The translations under genes were made by a program, and so were the position numbers. From Squalus acanthias (taxonomy: Eukaryota), in the NCBI GenBank assembly GCA_030390025.1, contig CM059432.1:87112001-87176000 (forward strand): 64,000 bases of DNA, read 5' to 3'. Of the stretch, positions 35,991 through 48,417 are shown piece by piece. How positions within the stretch are numbered: the stretch's first letter is position 1; the number at the start of each line of letters is the position of its first letter. The notes under the pieces are model-generated. The model had not been told where the DNA came from, made no database searches, and saw nothing but the letters and a program-made list of their open reading frames with translations.

Positions 35991-38374
35991 GTGGGGAATC
36001 TCAGCTGTGAACCAACGTCCTAATTTCCTGTGGCTCATGTATTAGGTAGGGTAAGACCAGAAGAATAATGGGGACGAAATTGGGTGCCTTTGCGCCTCCT
36101 GTTAGCGCTCCCGGGGGGCACTAATGGGGCGTAAATGGCTTTGCGACCAGGTATGGCGCTGACATCGACTCCCGCCATATTCGGCGTGAGTTTTGTGGCA
36201 GCGTTACGGCATTCCACCCCAATCTCCTTCGCCCGAAGACCGTGATGTCATCGCCGTGCGCATCGCCCCGGTAGTGCCCTGGACCCGAAATTGACTTCCG
36301 CCCACCGACAGCTGCAGGAGGCGTGCATCGGGCGGCTGGCTGCTTCGGGGGCGATGATTAAAGGTGAGGTGGCCGAGGTAAGTAAAAAAAAACTTACCTT
36401 TCTTGTTGCAGTTTTTTTTGCGGGTTCCTGCCCTCAATCGATCAGCCCGAAACTCAAGCAGTGTGCCAGGCTGATCGCGTGGGATCGCGGCTGCCTCGGT
36501 GGTCCAGGGAGGTACTTCTTAAATTGCAGAGCCTGCAGCGATGGCCCTTCCCTTTAAGGGAGGGAAGGAGCCTTTGAACGTGGCAGCGCTGCACGGCCCA
36601 GTGTGCAGCACTGCTGAAGTCTCCGCCCCGCCTGCTGCCGATTGTGCTCCAAGAAGGAAGTGGAGTGTCAGTATCTGAGCTGGTGGCTGGGAGTGTGAAA
36701 TCAAGTGATGGTGCTGTGTCTGTAACCTGGCCAGGCACTGGTGGATAAATGCTGGCCTTGCCAGCGACGCCCACATCCCATCTGCAGCTTGTAAATCAGA
36801 AGAGTTTTTGAGATGAGGGGAAAGTGGAACATAACAGGAGGCAGCCCCTGCTGCCTATTGTTATGTGTCACCTTCTCCTGGAAAAAAGAGGGAAGTGTGT
36901 CAGTGAGTGTCGTACAATCTGTTCAGGTGATATTCCTGTCATGGTTGAATAGCTGACAGTGTGTGCAATCTGTGAGATGTGGGTGTGAGGCTTGCAGCAG
37001 TGGTAAGTGTGAGAGGGTGAGGTGAAGCTATGAATGTGAGGTATGAGTTGTGATTGATGGAGATTATTGGTCGGTGAGTGATGGGGGGTGTGGTGCATTG
37101 AGCAGTGTGCGAGTCTAGTGGTTCAGTTGTAAGGATATGGCATTGGAAGATGAATTCACTAACCTTGACCACTCGTGTGAGGTCATTAAACTTTTTGCAG
37201 TGCTGCATCTAGGTCCACAGGGCTACACTGCTGGCATCGACCATGATGACTATTTGCTCCCATTGCTTTTTCTGATTTTGCCTGGAGGGTCTCCTGCAGA
37301 TACACGACCTCTCTCCTCCTGTCTAACTCCTACACCAAGGCCTCCAGTGCTGCATCCGAGAACCTTGGAACACACTTTCTCCCCTGTTGTTCCATCAGTA
37401 CTTCTTCCTGCTCACACTCTGTTCCCCAGCCAGTTGAATCACCTGCTGCAGTCAGAATATACCTCCCCTTTAAGAGGTGCAGACTAGCTTTAATTGGTGC
37501 TAGCCACGTACGAACTTGGGCCCCCTGCTGAGTGTGCAGCCACTCAGCAGCGCGCTCAGCACTGGGCTGCTCGCCACAATCATTATAATTAGCAGGCAGC
37601 ACAAAGTTGGCGTGCTGCCTGCATCACTTTGAACGGGCACGGGTTGATCCCGCATCGCGATCCCCACACCCATTTTCGGGGGCAATCCAATTTCTATGTG
37701 GGGAATCTCAGCTGTGAACCAACGTCCTAATTTCCTGTGGCTCATGTATTAGGTAGGGTAAGACCAGAAGAATATAGGGGGACGAAATTGGGTGCCTTAG
37801 CGCCTCCTGTTAGCGCTCCCGGGGGGCACTAATGGGGCGTAAATGGCTTTGCGACCAGGTACGGCGCTGACATCAACTCCCGCCATATTCGGCGTGGGTT
37901 TTGTGGCAGCGTTACAGCGTTGCACCCCAATCTCCTTCGCCCAGAGACCGTGATGTCATCGCCGTGTGCATCGCCCCGGTAGTGCCCTGGACCCGAAATT
38001 GACTTCCGCCCACCGACAGCTGCAGGAGGCGTGCATCGGGCGGCTGGCTGCTTCGGGGGCGATGATTAAAGGTGAGGTGGCCGAGGTAAGTAAAAAAAAA
38101 CTTACCTTTCTTGTTGCAGTTTTTTTTGCAGGGTTCCTGCCCTCAATCGATCAGCCCGAAACTCAAGCAGTGTGCCAGGCTGATCGCACGGGATCGCGGC
38201 TGCCTTGGTGGTCCAGGTAGGTACTTTTTATATTGCAGAGCCTGCAGCGATGGCCCTTCCCTTTAAGGGAGGGAAGGAGCCTTTGAACGCGGCAGCGCTG
38301 CACGGCCCAGTGTGCAGCGCTGCTGAAATCTCCGCCCCGCCTGCTGCCGATTGCGCTCCAAGAAGGAAGTGGAG
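34959..38374. repeat. tandem duplication, ~1.7-kb unit (34959-36665 and 36663-38374)
   Basis: Colinear copies with scattered differences; GAG microhomology at the junction. Confidence 0.95.
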
Positions 38375-38514
38375 CTCTTGATTTAGCATCCACTTCCTTC
38401 TTGGAGCGCAAACGGCGAATTTTTCAAAAGTTTGAAATCGTTTGCGCCTGGCGCTAACATTTCAAATTTTTAAAAATTAGCGCCCCAAATGGGGCGATAG
38501 TGAATTTCTCCTCC
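37777..38514. mobile_element. GC-rich Harbinger MITE (truncated duplicate at 36070-36665)
   Basis: GGGGGACGAAATT ... AATTTCTCCTCC; flanks ATA / ACA. Confidence 0.8.
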
Positions 38515-39309
38515 ACAAAGTCCAAACCTAGGCTTTTAGGATGGGCTGAGGCTTTCTAGTTAAACTTTAATGAAGGATTTAAAGACATAAAAGACAATTT
38601 CATGGATAAAATAAATTGTGTTATTATGAAAACTGCAATCGTTTAAATTTTTAAATTTTCTTAAAACCCTAGCTTCAATTGTGAAAATATGAAGTCCTAT
38701 GTTGGGAAATAATTAGCCATCGATTACTGGGAAATTGTCTGGCCAATATACTTAATAAACTGAATATCTGTATGCAATGCCTCTTTGGTTGCTGCTTCTG
38801 ATAATTAAGGGCTGCAACAGTATCTTTCTCACATAATATTTTAGAAATGTCTCATGTCATTAAACTAACGCCTTTATTTAACATGCTCTTTTTAATGTTC
38901 TTTTCGATAAGGTGCTAATTAAAATAAGCTGAACAGCTCTGTGGGAGAGCAGGGGAGGGGAGGAACTAAACTAAGAAATGAAATTTGGAATCTGTTCTAG
39001 CATGAAGAGCAACACACAACATGCCAGACAACCTGTTATATCTGAAATGTCCTTTTGTGAACGCTTTGAAGTTACATTGCTTTGATAGTGGCATGGCAAA
39101 GAATTCTGTAAGGGGTGAAACCTATAAATAGATTGGAGTACAAACACTAGCCTTATCATCAGCTTTTAAGATCCAACAAATTATGCTTGGAATTAAATGG
39201 CTGAACAATCATGCTAGCAACACTGAAACCATAATTTTTGATATTACATTATTGCTGGAATATTATTGGCTTATTATAATTTATTTATCTTTTCTAATCT
39301 TCTCTCTTT

Positions 39310-40010
39310 AGGTATTTGGTGAGTAACTAGGTGACCTGTTCCCAGGTCTCTGTCAAATACACCTCGAGCTGATTTCTGGTTGCCCTAGAGTTTCCCCACT
39401 CCCCAAAGTGACTCATCTTCAGATTTTCCTTATGGAGGAGTACTTGATCACTGCTTTGTGTTGTTTCTTAATGATATGGCTGAGATTGCCAACTTTCCAT
39501 GTGGGGAATCACAGCTGTGAACCAACATCCTACCTCATGTGGCTCGTGTGTTCGGTAGTGTCAGTCCACAAGAACAGAATAATGCAGGTGACTGCAAGGT
39601 ACCTCCGCAGTAGCCATGATGCCCTCTTGCCCCAATTCTCTCTGCCAGGACTATTTTTTAGAAGCAAGTAGATGGAACAGATGGCCGCTGGGAGATCTAA
39701 GTTATCTGTTGGAATCCTGGCTACTAGCACCAGTCAGGAACTGCACCCCCCCCCCCCCCCCCCCCACCCCCCACCCCATCCCCACACTAAGACCAAAGGA
39801 AAATACGACGGGGCTTGTGGTTGCACCTGAATTCTGGGGAAACATCCGATTTACATGTTGAGAGTCTACTGTCTGGACAAATCAGGTGAGGCCCTCCTGT
39901 ACAGCCCTGAGAAAGCCCTCAAGGTCATCTGTATCTGCTGTGTGTTGCAGCCTTGGTAGAGGAGGAGAAAGAAGAAAAGGAAGAGGAAGAGAAATGGCTG
40001 AGGCCAGGAG
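39310..40010 (+). pseudogene. old HARBI1-like transposase remnant
   Basis: HKNRIMQVTARY..SSHDA, W.LGD.SY...WLLAPVRN and CLDKSGEALLYSPEK spread across frames. Confidence 0.7.
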
Positions 40011-41419
40011 CTATTAGTGTTTGATGTGATTTTTCAGTTAAAAGTAGCACTTGAGCCCCTCCATTAATGGTCTTCATAGAAATTACTTTTCTCATAGAAA
40101 TTTATGGCACAGAAGGAGGCCATTCGGTCCATCATGTCTTGTAGTCCTCTTCATCGTGTCTTGTAGTCCTCTTCATCCTACACTAGCCCCTATTCCAACA
40201 TGTTGAGCCTAATCCCCCAGCTTGACTACCATCCTTACATGTTTGTCCTCAACATTAACATTCATAAGTTCTTTCTGACACAAAAATCTGCACAACACAT
40301 TCCAAATAAAGCGGAACCAGTTTATTTCCCTGCTGCAAAAGTATGTCCCTTCTTCAGTTGTTTGCTGCCGCTTCTGTAATCCTCTAAAGCAGCCAGCTGG
40401 GAGGTGCAGATGGGTTATCTTTCTGAGAGGTTAAGTCCTCATTTGTCTCTCTTCCTACCATGTCCCAGCTGCTAGATGCCCCTTGCAGATGACTAGAGAT
40501 CTGTGTGACCATTGACTGCCACTAAGGAGCATGAAGCCTGCCATCAAAGTCCACTCAATCCAATCCCTTAGGCTCTCACAGCCAGAATCGTTTAGCTCCT
40601 CTAAGCTGGAGCCCAAATTTTTGATAACGGCAGAAGCAACATTGGTGAGCAAAACTGCAACTGCTCTCTGTCCTCTGGAGCGCCCCCTCAGATTGCCCTG
40701 GAGTTGCCTTTTGATCCGTCGTGCGCTACAGGCTCCTGAAACCCTTTCACATAACTACACAGATGTCAGACCAGCATTGTTACGTATTCTCTGCCATTCC
40801 ATGAAGGGAGCTCGTCTCAAAGGACCATATGAAGGGTTTCTGTTGATTAATCAGTTCTGCTCAGTGTACAGCCATGGAAAGTACGAATTAATGGGTTCCA
40901 CAGCTGCCTGTCTGTCGCTAACCCTCCATTTCTCTTTCACTTGTCGGTTGCCACCTCTACTTTCACCTCCTCACTGGTACACTGTATTTAACCAGCTGCT
41001 CCCTCCAGACTCCTCCTATTTGATTCCTCTGATGTGGATATACTTGTACTTGTGCTTGTGGGGTCTGGAGGACTTGATGGGAGCTGATATGATGGGGTTG
41101 CTGCCTGCTCCTCTCTGGTGGCAGCAGCACCCTCTCAGGAGCCCCCTAAAGGTGTCAGCTTTGCTCAGTGCCCATATTTTTTTACCACCACCAGGGGAAT
41201 TATTCTCTTTAAAATGATTAGTGAAGATATACATCTGGGAAGGGGAAGCGCCTGAACTTGGAATTCAAAAATTAATGACAAACGTTGACAGATGGTCTCA
41301 TCTTAACAAGACTCAAACGTTATTGTTGGTTCTTTCCATTTAAATTTTCATAGAAGAGTACAGATCAGGGGAGAGAATGAAGAGTCCAAATGGAAATAAA
41401 GCATCTCGGCGTCAAAGAA

Positions 41420-41525
41420 GAATTCTGATGAAGGATCCGCACTTGAAGCATTAACTCATCCGTTCTCTGCACAGGTGCTAACTGACCTGCTGAGTGTTTC
41501 CAGCGTTTTCTGCTTTCGTTTCGTC
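41420..41525 (+). mobile_element. decayed PLE pLTR fragment
   Basis: CTGATGAAGG..GACCTGCTGAGTGTTTCCAGCGTTTTCTG, as in the other pLTRs. Confidence 0.65.
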
Positions 41526-41682
41526 TCAGCCTCAAATCTGCTTTCACTAAACTGCACTACTTTAGTGAAAGCTGGTCTTTAAGTTAATGACAATCCCTTT
41601 ATGAAATATGCTAAAATTGGTGGGCTGCTGAGTTCAAAACTGTGGCATGTGCAGGGACACTGCTGAACAAAAAATGATGGAA

Positions 41683-41825
41683 GAAAGTGCTTGCATTTAT
41701 ATAGCATTTTTCACAACCTCAGGACTGCACTGGAGTGTTGGCCTAGTCTTTGTGCTAAAATCGCTGGAGTGAGACCCGAACCCAGAACCTTCTGACCCAG
41801 AGGCAAGAGTTCTACCAAAATGACC
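41683..41825 (-). mobile_element. internally deleted SacSINE1-like SINE
   Basis: Tail TTGCATTTATATAGC joined to a tRNA-like head (minus strand GGTTCGGGTC). Confidence 0.65.
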
Positions 41826-42299
41826 TCGGCTTTGGATAATCGCAATCGATGAACATGGACTCATAATACAAAATTGCTGATAATTCAGCATAAATTGGAA
41901 CTACTTGTATTTCCTTCAATTCTGTTTCTTGTTTTTGATAATGCCATAGAGAATGGAGAAAGTAATGAGAGAGAGCAGAAAGAAATAAGAGTATGAGGCA
42001 ATGAAGCAAAAAATAGACAATTTAGAGATATGGACAGAGAGAGAGAGAGACTGGCAAAAAAGAGAAAAATAAGATGAAAAAGGTCTAAGGAAATATTCAA
42101 TATACTGTAGTAAAATAAAATGTGTACAAAACAGAAAAGCAGAGAATTGTGGAACATGAGGGATAGTTACAGAAAGAAAGAGGCATTATTTTTTTTTAAA
42201 CTGATTGCCCATTTCCGTGACTCAATGGGAGATGAACTAGTTGGGATTAAAAAATTAATTGAGCCCCAAAGGAAGATTAGTGTGTGAAATGAAAAATTC

Positions 42300-42680
42300 A
42301 CACTCCTGAGTGCCATACCAAAGTTAGGGTTTATTCTGGCTGCCACCTTCCATAAACTACAGCTCATCCAAAACTTTGTTGTGTATGTCTTACCCTTCAC
42401 TCAGCATACCTGTCCTCTCTCACATATAGTGGCTCTTGGCCCCCCAATACCTCTAATTTAAAATTCTCACCTTTGTGTTTAAATCCCTCCCTGGCCTTGC
42501 TCCTTCCTTTCTATGTAACCTCCTCCAGTCCTATAATCCCTGACATACTCTCCATCCCTCTGAACTTCTGTGTCCTCTCCTCTCTTTGTATTATCATTGG
42601 TGCCCATATCTTCAGCTGCCTAGGTCCCATGCTCTGGAACTCCCTCCCTAAACCCCTCTGCCTCGCTACATCTTTCTCCA
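42300..42680 (+). mobile_element. old L2 3' fragment
   Basis: CTCATCCAAAAC, TTTAAAATTCTC, CTCTGGAACTCCCTCCCTAAACC. Confidence 0.7.
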
Positions 42681-44329
42681 CCAAAGTTATAGTGGCAGAG
42701 TGAGAAAAGCCCCAATGAAATTCTCGGAGATTACCTCTTACATGTCATAAACATCCCTACTGTTATAAAATTGTGAATCTTCCAATTTACCATTAGCAAT
42801 GGCATAGTAGATCTGCTAGTCATATTAAAATAAAGTTCTTGCATATTTTCTGCAAAAGCACACTGTGACAAAAATGAAGTACTTTTGTCTTTGTTATTGA
42901 TTTGGTTATCTATTGGACTCTTTATTGTTAGCCACAGTACACACACAGGGTTGCGGTAAATTATGGCTATGTTTCTGCAAGCTATAGGGAATATACAATA
43001 CAGTCTGGCTAATATTCACACCTGAGGGCAACTACATGCATAGTTCAGGTGGACTCAGTATGCGTGATTTCATTGCTCACATTGTACCTGGACGGGGATT
43101 TGTCTAACAGATCATTTGAAGTGTTTGGTGTTAAATTAATCCAACCTATTTAACCCTAAATACCCTATATGATTGATGTCCTGGGGTAGTGGTTTCGATT
43201 GACAGTTGTATCAGAGTTGGGTCTGTCTAAAAGTCAGGACAATGATTTTTTGTAGTCCCTTTGACGAACAACGTCATGACCGGGAGCTTCCAATTGTGGG
43301 CTTATATCTGGCAGGCTGCACTCAGCTCACAACAATCAGCAGCTCTGTCTTGAGATTTTGCCATGTGTAAGAAGTGAGTTATTTTATTTCAAAGATCCAT
43401 TTTGTGAGTGGTAGAGCAGGAGAAATATCTTTGTTGTTTTGACATTTTTTAAGTGAATAGCAAAGGTTGAAATTACTGTTTTATGTTAAATACATTTCTC
43501 TGCTAGTATATAGCCTGGGCTACAGTCTGATAGAATGTGTATTCATCCATCTACTGAAGTCAAGGAGATCACGTGTTTTCAGATCAGATGTTTTCCAGTA
43601 AGTTGGAGTATAGTGCCAAAAGTTATCTGTTCAAACCTTAGGTTTCACTACATTTACATGGACAGGAAAAAGCACATTCTGATTTGCTTACTAGATCTGC
43701 TTACAGGTGATTCTGAACCCAAGGAGAATAGCTAGCATGAAAATCAAAAAAATTATGTTTTTAATATTAATATTCATTATTATATTAAAATAAAGCTCTT
43801 CCACATTTACAACAACAGCAGTTTAGGTTATGTAAAAGGCCAGATGGAAGATCTCAGACCACACTAATGGAGTGGGGATTTGGCGAAAGGAATCCCTGCT
43901 TGATTTCCTGGCTCTCAGATGCACATTCCATACAGATAACACCAAGCCTATCAGTCGAAAGTATACCCCAATAGTTTAATCCATGGCCATTTCGCAATGA
44001 TCAGTTTAGCAATCATGTGCCTTTAATTTGTTACTAAATGAAGAGACGTTGAAAAATATACTCAGTGGGGCAGGCAACAATTGGAGCAAAGCCATAAAGG
44101 TTTTGTTATGTGACCTCTGACTTATACAGGATGTGACCCTGAATATGACATGCTATGAATTCATTGCTTGTGCATTGTAAATTGATGACCCATTTTGGAA
44201 AGAGAATCAGTCTCAATGAGTGCACTGATGACAGTTAAGGCCAATGTGAGAGATCAAGCTCTCTTGCATGTTTCACAGACCAAAACAGCTTGTCTGAGGT
44301 CAACAGGCTGCTGCTGTTCACATTTTTGT

Positions 44330-45080
44330 CATTGCTGCTGCTTATCAAGACTTTGATATATTAGTACTCGTACTGGCTGACACCGCCATGTGTCACTGCT
44401 CGCCAGCCATCAACATTGATATTACATAGCTCGAGGTGGTGGTTGAGCATGTTTATGTATCTCAATCGATGCCCACCAGGCTTCTGTTAGCCCTGTTCCA
44501 GCTTGTGAAACAGGACCAACTTTGACATTCTGGAGCTTTCCATATGGCTGACATGTCTTGACCAGTTCTTACCAGCATAGCCTCAGCAGCATTGGTCTCG
44601 GTACACTCGAGGATCTCGCAGTTGGCAATATTGTCCTGCCACTTGATGTGCATGATGAACCTCAGGAGTTTGAGGTGGAATTTGTCAAACTGCCAAATAT
44701 GATGACAGTATACTGTCCACTATCCACATTCTTGCAGAAGGATGATGATGACGAAAGCACTGTACACTTTCACCTTTGTTGTGAGGATGATCCCATACTG
44801 CTTTCAGTTTTTCAAATGCAGACCTGGCTTTTCTGATACAACGGAACACATTAGTGCATCATCTGACAACATGTTATCCATATGAGTGAACCAGTTGACA
44901 ACACTTAGTTCAGTATTACCAGTGGCGATAGTTGGTATGATGCAGTGTTGTCCTGGGGTTTGCTGATACATAACCTCTGCATTCTCCAGGCTTACAATAA
45001 AGCCATAGTTATTCGCTGTTGGAAACCAGTTGGCAATGAGCCGCTGATCCGATATATGCCCTAGAGAAAAATCATCTGCA
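44330..45080 (-). mobile_element. old RTE (BovB-like) LINE fragment
   Basis: IKWQDNI.N.EIL and EVMYQ..PG...P.I....EL.VV..FT, typical of the RTE ORF C-terminal half. Confidence 0.7.
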
Positions 45081-45415
45081 AAAAAACTTATACATTGGTG
45101 TAGAATAAATGCATACAATGGATGGCTTTCTTTTCCATAACATTTCACATCAGAAGGTGGCGATTGGCAATGCTAGTCTGACAGCAAGTTTCAATTTGAA
45201 TCCAATTTATTGCACATTTATTCTGAATTCTGAACTTTCACTGTTTAATTGCAAAAATTATCTTAAGACTGTTGTTTCCTTATAACTGAACTGAATTAAC
45301 ACTTTTAAAAGTTGTAACTTTTACCTTGTTTACTGAACAAAAATTACATTAGAGATGTAAATAAATTAAGACAAATCTATTGATAATTTTGTGCAGCAAA
45401 CAAGAGAAGTGCTGG

Positions 45416-45921
45416 ATCGTATTAGTGTTTGGTTCACTGCCACCTCTCTTCTTGGAATGCCTACCTTGAAGAAGTTCTGCTCTTCTCTTCGACGGGATTT
45501 CCGTTTGGCTCTTCAACCTTGTTCATCTTCATTGATTTCAGTTTCCCTTCTCGTGTTTGATCAGGTATCTACCAAGACTCGGTTTCACAGCCACATTACT
45601 TTCCTCAGCAACTGTCTCCGGTTCCGACTTATCCCACGTGGATTCCAACTAAACTTCCACCCTTCGTGTTTCGGATCCACCCAGGATTACAAATATCTCC
45701 AAGATATTCCTCCTTTGTTCCTTTATCCCCTCCCCCTTTTCCCAGCTTTACCCTGGCCTTAAATCTATTTGATTTCCAGCTCTTCCCAGTTCTGATGAAA
45801 GGTCATCGACCTGAAACGTCAACTCTCTTTCTCTCTCCACGGATGCTGCCTGGCCTGCTGAGTTTTTCCAGCGTTTTCTGTTGTTATTTCGGATTTCCAG
45901 CATCCGCAGTATTTTGCTATC
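45416..45921 (+). mobile_element. internally deleted PLE monomer (ORF N-terminus + pLTR)
   Basis: MPTLKKFCSSLRRDFR..RFHSHITFLSNCL..IPRGFQL from ATG 45457, fused at ~45709 to the pLTR; GAGAAGTGCTGG TSD at 45404-45415 and 45922-45933. Confidence 0.88.
45788..45824 (+). ncRNA. minimal type I hammerhead ribozyme, intact core
   Basis: AGTT CTGATGA A AGGTC ATC GACCT GAAA C GTC AACT: helix I AGTT/AACT, helix II, ACGT palindrome, GUC triplet ending at 45820. Confidence 0.8.
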
Positions 45922-46629
45922 GAGAAGTGCTGGGTTGAAGTTTCTGTGAACACTATTTTTAGCAAACTGATTAAAGCCTTCATGTCGAGTTCCTGTGTGC
46001 ACTAAGTTAACAAAGTTGTGAACTCCGCCACAGAGGAATTTCGACTCCCAACCCCCCAAAATAGCCTGAACCAAATTTAATGCGAGGTCTGCGAAGAGAC
46101 CAGTTCGTTGCCAAGTGGAGAAAACAGCTCCGGTAGCACTTTTCTCAGAAGCTTGACATCGGACGATTCTACTGCTAAATAGTGACGGTAGAGTTAGATG
46201 CTGATATTGAGTGGGCTTCTGCCGAAGTTATGACGGCGGAGCGGGAGCAGCTTCAACGAAATTCCCGATCCCAAAGAAATGGCAAACTGTCACCAGCGGG
46301 CATAGTGCGATCATTTTGATGAATGATTTAAGCACCGTCCAGCTAGTAGTTGGTTATTTTGAGACATCACTTGGATCTGGACACAGGCCAGAGAACCAGG
46401 AGCTGACAGAAGATGTGCTCTGATCTGGTTGCACATTTAGGCACTGAGGTCAACTAGCCCTTTGCTCCTGTTAACTAAGATGGAATAGGAAAAGCAATGG
46501 CAACTCTCCAAAAGTATCTAGTCGGAAGGAAGCTGTTTTCAAAAATGCAAATCAAGTCCTGGAATATTTCTGAAAGGTATTTGATTATAGGCTTAATTTT
46601 GCTATGTTAGCAAAATTGGGACTCCATTT

Positions 46630-46833
46630 CCCCATGTCTTAAAATTAGAGCTAAGCCATTCTGGAGCGAAATTAGGAAGCACTTTTTCACATAAAGGGTA
46701 GTAAAATCTGGAATTCACACCCTTAAAAAGTTGTGGAATCTAGGACAATTGAAGCATTCAAGACTGAGAAGAAGAGATTTTTGTTAGATAAGGGTATAAA
46801 GGGATATGGAGCAAAGGTGGGAAAATGGAGTTG
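46630..46833 (+). mobile_element. CR1 3' fragment
   Basis: Degenerate CR1 C-terminal and 3' sequence. Confidence 0.75.
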
Positions 46834-47578
46834 AACATAAGAACATAAGAAATAGGACCAGGAGTAGGCCATTCGGCCCCTCGAGCCTGCTCCACCATTC
46901 AATAAGATCATGGCTGATCTTCAACCCCAACTCCACCTTCCAGCACTATCCCCATATCCCTAGAGTCCAAAAATCTATCTATCTCTGTCTTGAATATACA
47001 CAAAAACTGAGCCGCCACAGCCCTCTGTGGTAGAGAATTCCAAAGATTCACAACCCCGAGTGAAGAAATTTCTCCTCATCTCAGTCTTAAATGGCCGACC
47101 CCTTATCCTGAGACTATGCCCCCTAGTTCTAGATGCTCCAGCCGAGGGAAACAGCCTCTCAGCATCTACCCTGTCAATCCCCCTCAGAATCTTGTATGTT
47201 TCAATGAGATCATCTCTCATTCTTCTAAATTTCAGAGAGTATAGGCCCAATCTACTCAATCTCTCATCATAGAACAACCCTCTCACCCAGGAATCAATCT
47301 AGTGAACCTTCATTACACCCCTCAGGTACAGAGATGAAAATTGTACACAATACTCCAGGTGTGGTCTCACCAAAGGCCTGTACAATTGCAGCAAGACTTC
47401 CTTACTCTTGTACTCCAACCCCCTTGTAATAAAGGCCAACATACCATTTGCCTTCCTAATTGCTTGCTGTACCTGCATGTTAACTTCCTGTATTTCATGT
47501 ACAAGACACCCAAATCTCTCTGAACACCAACATTTAATAGTTTCTCACCATTTAAAAGATATTCTGTTTCTGTATTCT
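46834..47578 (-). mobile_element. CR1 3' fragment
   Basis: ORFs 46975-47286 and 47367-47615; tail near 46834. Confidence 0.92.
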
Positions 47579-47672
47579 TTGAATTACATAGAATATACAG
47601 CACAGAAATAGACAATTCAGTCCATGGCAGCGTTTATGCTCCACTCAAGCCTCCTCCCAACCTTCCTCGTCT

Positions 47673-48042
47673 ACAACAACAACTTGTATTTATATAGCGC
47701 CTTTAATGTAGTAAAACGTCCCAAGGCGCTTCACAGGAGTGTTATAAAACACAATTTGACACCGAGCCACATAAGGAGAAATTAAGGCAGATGACCAAAA
47801 GCTTGGTCAAAGAGGTTTTAAGGAGCATCTTAAAGGAGGAAAGAGAGGTAGAGAGGAAAAGAGGTTTAGGGAGGGAATTCCAGAGCTTAGGGCCTTGGCA
47901 GCTGAAAGCACGGCCACCAATGGTTGAGCAATTAAAATCAGGGATGCTCAAGAGGCCAGAATTATAGGAGTGCAGAGATCTCAGGGGTTGTGGGGCTAGA
48001 GGAGATTACAGAGATAGGGAGGGGCGAGGCCATGGAGGGATT
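47673..48042 (-). mobile_element. L2 3' fragment
   Basis: (CAA)n tail; GGRAFS..GPKLWNSLP. Confidence 0.9.
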
Positions 48043-48417
48043 CCACAAGTGGAAACACTCTCGCCGTGTCTACTGTATCAAAACCTTTCATAATTTTAAA
48101 GACCTCTATTAGGTCACCCGTCAACCTTCTCTTTTCAAGAGAAAAGAGACCCAGTCTGTTCATCCAGTCTTGATAGGTATAACCTCGCATTTCTGGTATC
48201 ATCCTTGTAAATCTTTTTGCACCCTCTCCAGTGCCTCTATATCCTTTTCATAATATGGCGACCAGAACCGTACACAGTGTGGTCGAACCAAGGTTTGATA
48301 CAGGTTTAGCATAACTTCTCTACTTTTCAATTCTATCCTCTAGAAATGAACCCGAGTGCTTCATTTGCTTTTTTTATGGCTGTATTAACCTGTGTCGCTA
48401 TTTTTGGTAATTTGTGT

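Noticed and set aside
35980..36068. Apparent orphan ~90-bp repeat shared with ~37687-37775 and 39489-39583
   Set aside because: The 39.5-kb copy lies within decayed HARBI1-like coding sequence (IANFP..HVA), so this is best explained as a transposase remnant.
40531..41217. 228-aa plus-strand ORF
   Set aside because: No recognisable domain; probably antisense to a decayed Harbinger partner gene.
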